DNA of 64,000 bases from a virus. The stretch lies in the IMG/VR virus record IMGVR_UViG_3300046804_004438, positions 1 to 64,000 of that record; one strand, 5' to 3'. The notes below the pieces were generated by a model. That model had not been told where the DNA came from. It did no database searches and worked only from the letters and a program-made list of their open reading frames with translations. Position 1 is the first letter of the stretch; every line of letters begins with the position of its first letter. Below, piece by piece: positions 32,180 through 42,357 of the stretch. The position numbers and the translations under genes were made by a program.

Positions 32180-33969
32180 TATTGACTAAACACATTTATA
32201 GAAATGAATACTTTGCTATAATCAATTTTTAAGAACTTATTGTTTTGAACAATAATATCATCATTTGTTAATTTAGCATATATGTCAATCGTATTGGTAT
32301 AATCGTAAGGATTCAATTTAAAGATTAGTTCGCCTGTATTATAATTTACTGTACCAATATTATTTTCTAAAAACACCTTTGTAGAATTATTTGATAGGAA
32401 GTAAATTCTTAGATTGCCAATACCATCATCTGTTATTCTTGCAGTATAGGATATACCATTTTTATAGTAAGTAAAGAAGCTAGATTTTACTACCTCATCC
32501 TCACTATCATTATAAGCAATTTGTACTGGTCTGTATATTTGGTTACCAAAACTAAATTTGTAATTATTATCAATTGTTCTAGTAGGAGTAATTTTGTAAA
32601 TTGCTCTTAAAGATGTCTGGTTGCTAATAATAGCATCATCGGAAGAATCTATCATAGAAAGCAATTTAGATTTTCTAATATCATCTCCAAAATTATTAAG
32701 GTGTAAATTATCATAGTTAATTATTTGATTCAATACTTCTGACTTTAACTGCTGAGTACTTTTTGTTGTAAGTGAAGGATCAAACATAACTTCTGATGTA
32801 ATTTCTACAAACAAATATTCTGGGTCTAGTATCACAGGTTCAGTAGTAATACTCTTACCAGTAAGATAATTAATTATTTCACTTTTTAAAACTGATGAAA
32901 TAATGGGTGCATCTCCATATGGAATAGCACTTATAATTACTTTACCAAATTGTGGTGGATCAGCATTTTCACCTCCATAAACATTAACAGTTTTAATCTG
33001 AGGAAACTTTTGAAGAACCAATGTTTGATAATCGTCCGCTGTCACTGCTCTTCCTTGAGTAGCAAAATATTTTGGAGCATTTAAACGTATTGACTCTATA
33101 TCTTCTCTTTCAGATCCATCAATAGCAACAGCATTTGTTGTTACTGTTACGCTATAAAGCCCACCTATACTAGTTGTGGCAGTAAACGAACTGGCTTTAT
33201 TTGCTGAATCGCCATTGGTTGATCTATACTTTACTTTAATAATATTACCATTTGTAAGTGATTTTCCAAATACACCATCTCCAAATGAAACAGCATATTG
33301 ATCTGATACTGCACCATCCACAAAGAATACTTTGGAAGTTGGAGTTAATCCATTGAGAGTATAAACTCTTGAAAATATTGAATTGGTAGAATCAGTAGAT
33401 GAATTTATTACTGTAACTTTAATACTATTTGTATCAACATTGTTAGAACTTAATACAAAATTACTATTGTTAGCAACCGTAAAGTATTCTGTAACAATCT
33501 TACCTTCATAAACATAAACTGGATCACTTACATAATAGCCACCATTATTGTTAATAATGATATCTTGATCTGTAGAGAAGGAATAATTAACACCATCAAC
33601 AACGGTACGTATAGTATAATCTTCCGGAACAATCACATATGAAGGTGTTGCTGTACCAGTATTAATACTAAATGTTACTTGAGCTTTTGCTGATGTTCTA
33701 GAACGAGGAAGATAGTTAAGTTCTTTCGCATGCGAAACTACCGATTGTTTGATACGAGCTGAATCTAAAAACATTTCACTTCCTATCATATTAAGATAGA
33801 AAGAATTCATATATGTATTATATGATAAAATATCTAGCAATGCGCTAAGGTTTGAACCTTCAAAATCATAATCTTGAAATTGAGTTTTACTTTGTAGAAA
33901 CGTTTTAAGATTGCTCTTAATACCATCAAAGCTCAATTCTGATACACTTAAGAACCCTGTATTTGCCAT
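32179..33969 (-). CDS. gp6: Baseplate wedge subunit gp6
   Basis: L.FD.IK.NLK.FL.S...F.DYDFEGSNLS.LLD.L.YNT; EMFLDSA; Q.RAVT.DDY; GGE.A.PP.FGKV. Confidence 0.95.
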   Translation of the reverse strand: MANTGFLSVSELSFDGIKSNLKTFLQSKTQFQDYDFEGSNLSALLDILSYNTYMNSFYLNMIGSEMFLDSARIKQSVVSHAKELNYLPRSRTSAKAQVTFSINTGTATPSYVIVPEDYTIRTVVDGVNYSFSTDQDIIINNNGGYYVSDPVYVYEGKIVTEYFTVANNSNFVLSSNNVDTNSIKVTVINSSTDSTNSIFSRVYTLNGLTPTSKVFFVDGAVSDQYAVSFGDGVFGKSLTNGNIIKVKYRSTNGDSANKASSFTATTSIGGLYSVTVTTNAVAIDGSEREDIESIRLNAPKYFATQGRAVTADDYQTLVLQKFPQIKTVNVYGGENADPPQFGKVIISAIPYGDAPIISSVLKSEIINYLTGKSITTEPVILDPEYLFVEITSEVMFDPSLTTKSTQQLKSEVLNQIINYDNLHLNNFGDDIRKSKLLSMIDSSDDAIISNQTSLRAIYKITPTRTIDNNYKFSFGNQIYRPVQIAYNDSEDEVVKSSFFTYYKNGISYTARITDDGIGNLRIYFLSNNSTKVFLENNIGTVNYNTGELIFKLNPYDYTNTIDIYAKLTNDDIIVQNNKFLKIDYSKVFISINVFSQ

Positions 33970-34358
33970 TATCTTACTCTTCTTAGAACTAGGTCTAATG
34001 TAACTGGTTGAGTACTATTTACTATTGAAAAAACAATAGTTACAGAATAAGAGTTTTCATCTGGCAAAGCTTTTACAGTCACACTGTAGACGTTTGCTCT
34101 AGGTTCATAATTTACAATAGTTTCTCTAATTCTTTCCCTTAAAATAAATTCAGTATCACTACTTATATTCTCAAACAAACTTTGCTTAATTCCAGCGCCA
34201 ATTCTTGGGTTGAAAAACCTCTCATAAGGATCTGTTAAAAGAAGGTTACGTATAGCCCTTTTCACTGCATTCTCGTTGTAGAGAAGCACCAGATCTTGTT
34301 TGATTGGATGAATATCCAAGTTAGTTGGTATATCTGAAAAAATAATGTTTGTTGCCAT
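33969..34358 (-). CDS. gp25: Baseplate wedge subunit gp25
   Basis: NE.AVKRAIRNL.LT...ER.F.P.IG....LFE...I.NYEPR. Confidence 0.95.
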   Translation of the reverse strand: MATNIIFSDIPTNLDIHPIKQDLVLLYNENAVKRAIRNLLLTDPYERFFNPRIGAGIKQSLFENISSDTEFILRERIRETIVNYEPRANVYSVTVKALPDENSYSVTIVFSIVNSTQPVTLDLVLRRVR

Positions 34359-34363
34359 AAAAT

Positions 34364-34371
34364 TATTTATA
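34364..34371 (-). promoter_or_regulatory. T4-type late promoter TATAAATA
   Basis: Exact TATAAATA on minus strand immediately upstream of the gp25 ATG. Confidence 0.65.
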
Positions 34372-35833
34372 ATGCTGATTGAATAGCTCTTAAGTATTGA
34401 GGATTATATCTTTGAATATCGTTTCCAGTTGATGCAGCTAGTCTCCAACCATCAGTAAAAGGGCGAGAACCAAATGGTGAAAATGTCTCTCCAACCATAA
34501 CACCGCTGAAACCTAGCATGAAAGGAATAGCATTATCTGATCTTCTCATTTCTATACTGGATGTAGTTGGAACATTTAAAACGCTGCAAATATTTGTAGT
34601 CATTGTGCTGATATGGCTTCCAAAATATGTGTCAGTTGGAGGTGGTGTTGATGATCCAGTTAACATTCTAGAAACTACAGAAGCCATTGAAATAGCTCCT
34701 CCAAACGAACCAAAGTTTTGCATACCAAAACTAACTACACCACCACCTCCATTTGGAGTACCAAATGCTCCCACTCTTCTGCAGAAGATTTGATCTACAG
34801 CTGGAAGTGCAACCGGTGCTTCACCAAAGAATGATTTACCAGCATAGGTAGGAGGATACAACATAGGATTGTTAGCACGTTTAGAAGTTGCTATTCTAGT
34901 GCCAATAATAACCTCAGAAAGAAATCCACCTATTGCAGATCCCCCAGATGTTGAGAGCAGCATACTAGCAGCAATTCCTCCCAATTGTCCTAAGGATCCT
35001 AAAGCACCACCAAGTGGTGTTTGATCTAAAAGTTTGGTGATTGTTGCAGCTCCAACTATAGTTGCAGCTGATGGTATTGATGTTGCAGGATTTGAAACAG
35101 AAGCTAAAGCAGCAACAGAAGCAGTTCCTCCAGCAACACCAGCATATGTGTTAATTGCTTGACTAATTGTGCTTGTAGATAACCCAGGATAACCTCTTAA
35201 AGATCCACCATAACCCATTTGTTGATGAGATGTTGATATAATAGAAGGTCCTATTACTCCAAGAGCTAATCCTAATTCTGCAGCAGATAATGTATCGCCA
35301 TAGCTACTTTGAGTATAATCACCATACTGAGCAACTTGAGAAAATTGTCCATATCTTTGGTTGACAGATGCAACTCCTTGACTTAAATAACCTACTTTGT
35401 AAATATCTGGTATACCTGTTATTCCAACAACGTTTCTGATATATCTACGATCAGCTAAATCAGGAACACCTATAACATCAGATATGTAAACTAAATCATC
35501 ATAGCTTTCATTAGCAGCTAAGATATAAAAGAAACCTTCTAATGTGTCATATGGAATAACACCATATGTAGCAAGCTCTTGAGATTTTCTTTCTATTGCT
35601 TGTTTTTCTAATGTAGTTAGAATATAATTATTTTGTGTTCGAACATAGTTAGCTGGTGCAGTTTGCGATTTTAAAGAACTAGCTGATCCTGATAATTGAG
35701 CAGCTATATTGACAGCATTATTAAATGTGTCGTTAGATGGCATATGTTCTTGGTTGCCATAAAAACCAGGCTGTCTTAAAATACCTTTTTGTATTAAAGC
35801 AGCTGTGTCTCTATTGATTCTAGTATTAGCCAA
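34367..35833 (-). CDS. Hypothetical baseplate-module protein (Gly/Ala/Ser/Thr-rich, hydrophobic central segment)
   Basis: 488-aa ORF overlapping the upstream gp5-like stop; no family recognised. Confidence 0.7.
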   Translation of the reverse strand: MANTRINRDTAALIQKGILRQPGFYGNQEHMPSNDTFNNAVNIAAQLSGSASSLKSQTAPANYVRTQNNYILTTLEKQAIERKSQELATYGVIPYDTLEGFFYILAANESYDDLVYISDVIGVPDLADRRYIRNVVGITGIPDIYKVGYLSQGVASVNQRYGQFSQVAQYGDYTQSSYGDTLSAAELGLALGVIGPSIISTSHQQMGYGGSLRGYPGLSTSTISQAINTYAGVAGGTASVAALASVSNPATSIPSAATIVGAATITKLLDQTPLGGALGSLGQLGGIAASMLLSTSGGSAIGGFLSEVIIGTRIATSKRANNPMLYPPTYAGKSFFGEAPVALPAVDQIFCRRVGAFGTPNGGGGVVSFGMQNFGSFGGAISMASVVSRMLTGSSTPPPTDTYFGSHISTMTTNICSVLNVPTTSSIEMRRSDNAIPFMLGFSGVMVGETFSPFGSRPFTDGWRLAASTGNDIQRYNPQYLRAIQSAL

Positions 35834-37637
35834 CTTTTCTACCCTCCAGCGCTGCTACTGCATACGAAAGTTGTAAACCTGCAACTTTACTATGACAATG
35901 AGGGTCTGCACAAGTAAACACTGAACCACCACCTCTTTGTCCAGGTTGTGCTGCTTCAACATGACAATGAATACCACCTTCATCGTTCTTCTCAAGCAAC
36001 ACCTTACTGAACGGCAGATTGTCTCTAACAAATGCAGCTACTTCAGCAGTAAATCCGTAATCAGGTTTATTAGAACATCTTATATCAACAGCTCCACCTT
36101 TACAGTGATTTGACGATGATGCTTTTGGTCTCCACCATGAGGAAATGTAAACTCGTGATCCAAACTTTTCATATAGAGGATCTAGAATATTCCATGCAAC
36201 ATTCTGAGCTTCTGTTAGAATACTCTTTATTTCAGATTGCGGTGCATTGTGAATACCTAGAATGTTACCAACTTTAATGTGTCTAGAAAGAGGTTCGTTA
36301 CTATTGTATATCGATGTTGGAAGTGGAATTCCAGGAGTTTCTGATATACCATTACCATCAGATATACCAGCAGGCCTATCATATATTCCACTTCTTACAG
36401 CTTCTGCAGTTATACCAGTATCGTTTGGATTGTATTTGACTCCAGCACCTTTATTACCAGCAGCATAAGCCTCAGCTTGTGGATTAGGAAAGCCACCTTC
36501 ATTCTTATGAAGTGAGAATTCTTCAGCAGACATTTTAGCCGCATTGAGAGGAAAGTCTGGAGCAACACGAAGAGATGTTATGCTATCAATAATAGTGTTT
36601 GAATCTGGATATTGAGAAAGCTGAGCAGCATTGACATCTGATGCACTATCTACAGATGGTGATCCGCTTGTCTGAATATCGGTAGCAGATCCTTTAATAT
36701 TAATCTTAGCTGATCCCAATAAATCAATAGTTGAAGACGAATGAATGGAAGCAGCGCTTGTAGAAGATAGTTTAGTTGTACCATCAGCCTTAACTGCCAA
36801 ATCATCTTTAGTTGATATCGTCATTGCAGCTTCTGAAAGAACTTCTAATGTATCTTTAGCATTAATACTAACTTTTTCTTTAGCATACATACCAACATTT
36901 TTTTGAGAATTAATCTCAACATTTTTATCTGATCTAATTGTGATTTCTTTACCTGCATCCACTTCTAATGATTGTGGCGTTTGAATTCTCAACTTACCTG
37001 CTGCTGTTAATCTATTATCACCAGCAACCATTGTAGTCATATCTTTGGCTACTTCTGTCATTTTTGTTCCATCAATTGTTTCATCAACAGAACCTCCTAC
37101 AGATGTAATGAGATCTCTAGCAACGTTGATGTTCATAGCACCACCAACATTGATATCAAGATCACCTTCAGACTCAATAGTTACTTTACCATCACCCTTA
37201 AGAACAACATGACCTTTAGCAAATAATGTTAGATCACCGGTAGGAGCAACTACACCAACACCTTTCTTACCTGATGATATTAAATGAATAGATCCATCCG
37301 AGTCAATAACAATTGTAGCCCCACTATGATGTTGGAGAGTAATTGTATCAGAACCAAACGTGTTATCAATTACTACTTTATTTCCAGTTGCAGAAACAAA
37401 TCCTTGAACATCGGTAGCACTACCAATACCACCCATATTACCAGCACCAGGTCCAGTTTGAGTTATAGTTTGATCACTGGTTTGTCCTGGTTTGTCTTTA
37501 ACGTTGACTTCATAATAAGGTGCAGGGTTACCTGTACCAATTAACTGTGGTCCATCGTTTCTTCCAACACCATCACCTTCTCTGTTGGTATATGTTTTAA
37601 CTGATGAGGGATCGTCTGCAAATCTTTCTAATGACAT
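35826..37637 (-). CDS. gp5 C-terminal part: beta-helix spike repeats fused to a peptidase M15-like domain
   Basis: S.TG....IDNT.G...I.L.H.SG..I.I..DGS; 8-residue V/I-x-G repeats; C-terminal ISSWWR...SNH..G.AVDI...IHCH (M15 Zn motif). Confidence 0.8.
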   Translation of the reverse strand: MSLERFADDPSSVKTYTNREGDGVGRNDGPQLIGTGNPAPYYEVNVKDKPGQTSDQTITQTGPGAGNMGGIGSATDVQGFVSATGNKVVIDNTFGSDTITLQHHSGATIVIDSDGSIHLISSGKKGVGVVAPTGDLTLFAKGHVVLKGDGKVTIESEGDLDINVGGAMNINVARDLITSVGGSVDETIDGTKMTEVAKDMTTMVAGDNRLTAAGKLRIQTPQSLEVDAGKEITIRSDKNVEINSQKNVGMYAKEKVSINAKDTLEVLSEAAMTISTKDDLAVKADGTTKLSSTSAASIHSSSTIDLLGSAKINIKGSATDIQTSGSPSVDSASDVNAAQLSQYPDSNTIIDSITSLRVAPDFPLNAAKMSAEEFSLHKNEGGFPNPQAEAYAAGNKGAGVKYNPNDTGITAEAVRSGIYDRPAGISDGNGISETPGIPLPTSIYNSNEPLSRHIKVGNILGIHNAPQSEIKSILTEAQNVAWNILDPLYEKFGSRVYISSWWRPKASSSNHCKGGAVDIRCSNKPDYGFTAEVAAFVRDNLPFSKVLLEKNDEGGIHCHVEAAQPGQRGGGSVFTCADPHCHSKVAGLQLSYAVAALEGRKVG

Positions 37638-37638
37638 T

Positions 37639-38019
37639 TTAACCGCAATAGTTGTTATATAATGATGTTAGTGCTTGTTCTAGAGTAGTATTGTTACTTG
37701 ATATATTAGCTGTGTTAGTATACTTTGAAAGCTCTCTAATAATTTTATATAGTGTTACTTTTTGTTGTTCTGTTAAAAAGAAATCAGATGCAAAGCTAGT
37801 TGACTTTGCAAACATAAAACTATCTTTGCCACCAATAATTATTATGTTAGCTGATTGTTCGTTTGCTGAAGCACCTTGATAAACAACTCCATCAACATCT
37901 ATAATAAATGTGTAGCTTGAATAATTGTTAAGATTTACATTTTCGTTTCTCAATGTACCTGAAAAATTAAATGTAAGATTTTTACTATAAGCAACTGCTT
38001 CTGCGCTTACTTTATTCAT
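37639..38019 (-). CDS. Degenerate N-acetylmuramoyl-L-alanine amidase-like protein
   Basis: YTFIID.DG.VYQG...SA.III.GG...LTEQQK.TL..II..L resembles the T7-lysozyme/amidase_2 fold; the sequence contains no His. Confidence 0.5.
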   Translation of the reverse strand: MNKVSAEAVAYSKNLTFNFSGTLRNENVNLNNYSSYTFIIDVDGVVYQGASANEQSANIIIIGGKDSFMFAKSTSFASDFFLTEQQKVTLYKIIRELSKYTNTANISSNNTTLEQALTSLYNNYCG

Positions 38020-38948
38020 ACTACATTACCCGTATAAGATGTTGAAGCATATACTTTTTGAGCTTGTTTAAGTTTCTTCAAATAGTATGGAGATGAAGTA
38101 TCAATTCCCCATATACCATTTGACTTAACATAAGAAGCATCGCGTTCATACAATCCAATGCCAACTACAGCATCTTCGATAGTTGTAGAACCAAGAAGTT
38201 TTCCATATGCTCTTTTCTCGGAAGAATGAAATTCATGCCAAATAAAATCAAGTTGTTGTTCTAGTGGAGGAAGTCCACCTTTGGGAGGAATACTACTAGC
38301 ACCACAAAACTTACAAAGATTAATCAATCTATCTCTTTGCCATTGTGCAATCCCAGCAGATACTGCACCTTTGTCGTTTGGATTATATGCCTGTGGACTG
38401 ATGTTTTCACCAGACTCCACTTGAAGGTTTCCAACTATTGCAGCTACAATAATTTTCTTGTCACCAGAAGCAGCACCTTCCTTAGCTATTCTTTCCCAAA
38501 AATAATTATACACCTTACTTTTATTATTGTCACCAGATAATTGAGTTGTAGATGGTGCACTATCTCTATCTGACGGAACATTAACGGGTGCAGAACCTGG
38601 TGAAACATTAGTGCCTTCTGCGCCAGAAGAATTGTTAACAGATCCCTGTCCACCATTAATAACGCCAAGAACAATAGGCTGTTGAGAATCGGCACCATCA
38701 ATAAAGAAACCAAATACCCAGGAACCATTTACAAGATTGTGACTTAGGTTACCTCCTGATGTTTGCCCACCAGTTGTAGGATAAGAAACTATTGCCCAAG
38801 GTAAATCGCCATCAGAAACCTTTTCTATATTTTCAGTAGGATGAATACCAAATATTCTTACACGAACTCTTGCTCTATCATCGCCAACTTGCTTGACAAC
38901 TCCAACCCACCATCTAAATCTATCTCCATAAAAATCATCATATATCAT
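38016..38948 (-). CDS. gp5: gp5 N-terminal OB-fold fused to a phage-tail-lysozyme domain
   Basis: F.WWVGVV......RVRVRIFG.H......DLPWA..., G.WVFGFF.DG.D.QQP.VLG; AAIVGNLQVESG...GIAQW..DR...LEQQLDFI.HE. Confidence 0.85.
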   Translation of the reverse strand: MIYDDFYGDRFRWWVGVVKQVGDDRARVRVRIFGIHPTENIEKVSDGDLPWAIVSYPTTGGQTSGGNLSHNLVNGSWVFGFFIDGADSQQPIVLGVINGGQGSVNNSSGAEGTNVSPGSAPVNVPSDRDSAPSTTQLSGDNNKSKVYNYFWERIAKEGAASGDKKIIVAAIVGNLQVESGENISPQAYNPNDKGAVSAGIAQWQRDRLINLCKFCGASSIPPKGGLPPLEQQLDFIWHEFHSSEKRAYGKLLGSTTIEDAVVGIGLYERDASYVKSNGIWGIDTSSPYYLKKLKQAQKVYASTSYTGNVV

Positions 38949-40405
38949 TATACCGTTCCTAATATTCTACCATTAGAACCTACGCGAGGTGAAGTGACTG
39001 ATGAGTTGTAATTTGAACGATCTATCAACTTATTAAGATATCCATCCTTATGAACTCTTACAGAAGTAGCAGCTCTATATCCAGTAGATATAACTTGTTT
39101 AACTTCAGCAACAATGAATAAACCAGAAAGATATATGTCTGGATTAACAATATTAAATCCATGATTTTCTGGTATATCAATCCAAATAACTTCACCTGCC
39201 TTTATGTCCATATTAGCAGGAATTGTAAATGATAAATCTATTTGACCTAATGCAAACAATCTTTTTGTTACACGACCAAATTTTTCTCTAAATTGTGGTT
39301 GAGAAACACCATCATCACTATCATAATTTTGATAGTTATTGACTACATATCTAACTCTGTTAGCATATTCTGATAGAGCTTTTTCATTTTTCATACTTTG
39401 AATATATTCAGGTGTATTAAGTGGATACTTACCAAGATTAAATTTAGTATCATTAGTAGGAGATAATTCAGTAACTGTACTTTTGTAAGATTTTTGAAGT
39501 AAACTAATTTCAAACATTTCGTTTTGATAATAACCACCTGCAATTTTTTCAATAGATGAAAAACGTTTATTATTAACAATATTAGTAATTTGTTTTAATT
39601 TTTCATTAATATCTCCAGATGGAATATAATCAGAAATTTCAGTATCTGATCTATAGATATATTTGTTTTCAATAAGTTTATCTATTTTTTCTCTACTACC
39701 AGCAGCTTCTTCAATTAATTTTTGCAGTGTAACAAAATTGAATTGTTCAAAATCTTCATAAAAAATATAGTAGTAGTAATCTTCAGGATATTGAGATACA
39801 GCATATTTTGTAAGCCAAGTTATAGCTTGATAAGGTCTTAGATTGGGAATAACTAGTGTTCTTTTTTTAAGAGTAGGTTCAGTAACAAAAGGCTTAGTTA
39901 TATTAAATTGAATCTGTGTATCTTGAAGAACATATTCAGTAAATACATCATCTGCTATTTTTTCTATATTATCAGAGTATGAGTGTTGTACGTACTTTCT
40001 TGTATTTTGTAGAAAGTATGGACTTATTAAATCTACGACGTACATCATGGATCTAGCTCTATCTCCAACCGAAATATCTCTTACACCTTTAATAATAAAA
40101 TTAATAGTTTTTGGAACTGGAGATAACAAATTAATTGTTTTTGTAGCTTGAGATGATTTAGAATCTATCATATTTTGTTGATATTCAATAGTAACAAATT
40201 CTTCTCCTGTAAATGGATAGTTGACAAATAATCCTATTTGATCATTAATCAAAAGCTCTCCTTTAATTGATGATTCAAATAAAGATTGATATACAGTAAA
40301 TTCAATAAACTGAGCCCTAAGGCTTATCTTATCTTGTCCATTGAATTTTTGAATTGTTACATCGTTAACAGTTAACTTTAACGGATTAAAATCTTGATCA
40401 GCCAT
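38948..40405 (-). CDS. Baseplate hub protein (gp27-like)
   Basis: Between gp53 and gp5; YQSLF...IKG.L.I.D..GL...P..GEE; IPNLRP..AI.WL; Y..YED...FNF; LSG.F.V..V. Confidence 0.7.
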   Translation of the reverse strand: MADQDFNPLKLTVNDVTIQKFNGQDKISLRAQFIEFTVYQSLFESSIKGELLINDQIGLFVNYPFTGEEFVTIEYQQNMIDSKSSQATKTINLLSPVPKTINFIIKGVRDISVGDRARSMMYVVDLISPYFLQNTRKYVQHSYSDNIEKIADDVFTEYVLQDTQIQFNITKPFVTEPTLKKRTLVIPNLRPYQAITWLTKYAVSQYPEDYYYYIFYEDFEQFNFVTLQKLIEEAAGSREKIDKLIENKYIYRSDTEISDYIPSGDINEKLKQITNIVNNKRFSSIEKIAGGYYQNEMFEISLLQKSYKSTVTELSPTNDTKFNLGKYPLNTPEYIQSMKNEKALSEYANRVRYVVNNYQNYDSDDGVSQPQFREKFGRVTKRLFALGQIDLSFTIPANMDIKAGEVIWIDIPENHGFNIVNPDIYLSGLFIVAEVKQVISTGYRAATSVRVHKDGYLNKLIDRSNYNSSVTSPRVGSNGRILGTV

Positions 40406-40961
40406 TAATAAAAAGGTCTCTAAGTTTCTGTTTAAGGTTGTTAATATAAACAGGCTTAAGTAATTTTATTTCACGTTTAGCTTCATTCTTTTCATTTTCA
40501 TATTCCCAAATTGACTTTGCAGTCCATCCAGATGGGCTTCCAAGTTGATCATATGTAAAAGGAGTAATTGTATAATTATAAGATTGTATTTCAGCTTCTG
40601 TATCGGAAGGCAATCCTGTGTAGTAATAGTATGCTATAGTATCATTAGTATTAGTAGATGCTAACTTATAAGCTGATATACCATATTTACTTTCCAAATA
40701 ATTAATAAATTCTTTGTTAGTCATAATCCAATCTTTATAAGGATCGACAATATTATTGCAAAGATAAATTACCCAATCAAGAGTAGAATCTCCATAAACA
40801 TTACTGGCTACAATATCAGCTCTTTCACCATCTCTAATTGTATAAGAGTAAAATGAATTATAATCTTTGAGATATTCTTGTATTATCTCAACTTCTACTG
40901 CAATATTAATTGAGTAATTATTATTATAAATTATTTTTGGATAATAATTAAATAAAGACAT
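40398..40961 (-). CDS. gp53: Baseplate wedge subunit gp53
   Basis: Y.IRDGER.D.VA..VYGD...DWVI.L.N.I.DP..DW; EYE...NE.KREIKLLKP. Confidence 0.9.
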   Translation of the reverse strand: MSLFNYYPKIIYNNNYSINIAVEVEIIQEYLKDYNSFYSYTIRDGERADIVASNVYGDSTLDWVIYLCNNIVDPYKDWIMTNKEFINYLESKYGISAYKLASTNTNDTIAYYYYTGLPSDTEAEIQSYNYTITPFTYDQLGSPSGWTAKSIWEYENEKNEAKREIKLLKPVYINNLKQKLRDLFING

Positions 40962-40963
40962 TT

Positions 40964-41869
40964 TTACGTATTATCTCTCTTATAGTGTGAGCTAGAAGAT
41001 CCATTATTCATAAAATCATCTACATTTCTACCTTCACTACCACCAAAATCTTCTCTTGTACGAATATTAATTTCTTGAAAACTTAATTGAATATCTACAT
41101 GTACAGGTTGACCATCTCTATACATAACAGCACCTCCCCCCGTAGAACTTTCAATACCCATAGAAGTAATAAATGAATCTCCTACAGTAGGAGTAACTTC
41201 TGAGGGTAAACCTTCAAATTGCAATCTAGCAATATATGGATATTCTAAAGCAAACCCACCAGAATTTTTTAATATTGCAGGATGCATAAATTGTTTAATG
41301 TAATTAATCATTTGGTTCATCTTTTTAGCTTCAGGTTCAGACTTTGGAGATAGTCTCCAAGTAAATTGAAAAGTTTTTAATTGAACACCATCAAACAAAG
41401 ATGTGATGTGTGGGTTACGAATTACACCTGCTTGAGCTTGAGCTAAATTGCCTATATTTGCTCTTCCTATTAAAGCACCTAATTTTCCACCAACCAAATC
41501 AGATACTCCAGGAGATAAAGCTATAGTTCCAAAAGTTAAATTAGTTATTGTTTGTTTATTACCACTATTATATGCATTAACAAAAGCATCTGTTGCACCT
41601 TGGCCAGCAGCTAACATCCGATTAGCAGTTTCGCTCATATCACCACTTATGTTTCCAAGTACACCCAATGCCTGGCCATTAACATTCATGTTATAGGCAT
41701 CATTGAGTTGAGATGGCAACGGCAATCTAATATATCCTTTCGTTTCAGGTTCCTTTATTCCGGAACCAGCAAAAGGACGATAGTATTCTCTCAAAGTTAA
41801 TCTTGAGAAAAATTGTGGTTGCTTTTCTGGAAACTCGTAACGAGCAACTGTAGTTGAACTTTCTGGCAT
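40964..41869 (-). CDS. gp48: Baseplate tail tube cap gp48
   Basis: I.LPLP..L.D, NP....LF.G..L.TF.F.W.L.PKS..EA, G.P....I.LSF.E. Confidence 0.8.
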   Translation of the reverse strand: MPESSTTVARYEFPEKQPQFFSRLTLREYYRPFAGSGIKEPETKGYIRLPLPSQLNDAYNMNVNGQALGVLGNISGDMSETANRMLAAGQGATDAFVNAYNSGNKQTITNLTFGTIALSPGVSDLVGGKLGALIGRANIGNLAQAQAGVIRNPHITSLFDGVQLKTFQFTWRLSPKSEPEAKKMNQMINYIKQFMHPAILKNSGGFALEYPYIARLQFEGLPSEVTPTVGDSFITSMGIESSTGGGAVMYRDGQPVHVDIQLSFQEINIRTREDFGGSEGRNVDDFMNNGSSSSHYKRDNT

Positions 41870-41878
41870 TGTTACCCC

Positions 41879-41886
41879 TATAAATA
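41879..41886 (+). promoter_or_regulatory. T4-type late promoter TATAAATA for the gp4-gp2-gp54-gp26 operon
   Basis: Exact TATAAATA ~28 nt upstream of ATG 41914. Confidence 0.75.
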
Positions 41887-41893
41887 CTCTTAT

Positions 41894-41901
41894 TATTTAT
41901 A
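41894..41901 (-). promoter_or_regulatory. T4-type late promoter TATAAATA for the gp48-gp53 operon
   Basis: Exact TATAAATA on minus strand ~25 nt upstream of ATG 41869. Confidence 0.75.
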
Positions 41902-41913
41902 CGGTTTTTCGAA

Positions 41914-42357
41914 ATGGCATATAAGGGAAAGTTCCATCCCAAGTACCCTCAAAAGTACAAGGGTGATCCTACAAATATTATCTATAGAAGTTTGTGGGAA
42001 ATGAGATTCATGAGATATCTAGATCAACATCCATCAGTGATGTTTTGGGCTTCAGAAGAAGTTATCATTCCATACATAAGTCCTGTAGATAAAAGAGTTC
42101 ACCGTTATTTTCCGGATTTTTGGGTCAGAATGAAGGCTCAAGACGGGACAATAAATAATGTATTGATAGAAATTAAACCCCACCAACAAACTAAGATTCC
42201 TGTAAAGCCTCAGAAACTTACAAGGAAGTTTATAAACGAAGCGAGAACCTATTCCGTCAATCAAGCAAAATGGAAAGCTGCTGAAGAGTTTTGTAGAGAT
42301 AGAAATTGGCAGTTTAAGGTTCTAACAGAAAAAGAATTAGGATTAGATAAGTTTTAA
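41914..42357 (+). CDS. gp4: Head completion protein gp4 (TnsA-like nuclease fold)
   Basis: YKGKF.PK.P.KY.GD..NI.YRS.WE; W.SEE..IPY.SP.D...HRYFPDF; IEIKP; N.AKW.AA. Confidence 0.92.
   Translation: MAYKGKFHPKYPQKYKGDPTNIIYRSLWEMRFMRYLDQHPSVMFWASEEVIIPYISPVDKRVHRYFPDFWVRMKAQDGTINNVLIEIKPHQQTKIPVKPQKLTRKFINEARTYSVNQAKWKAAEEFCRDRNWQFKVLTEKELGLDKF

Noticed and set aside
41914-42357. TnsA-like nuclease as a transposon gene
   Set aside because: Sequence and position match head-completion gp4; no terminal repeats or tnsB/C.
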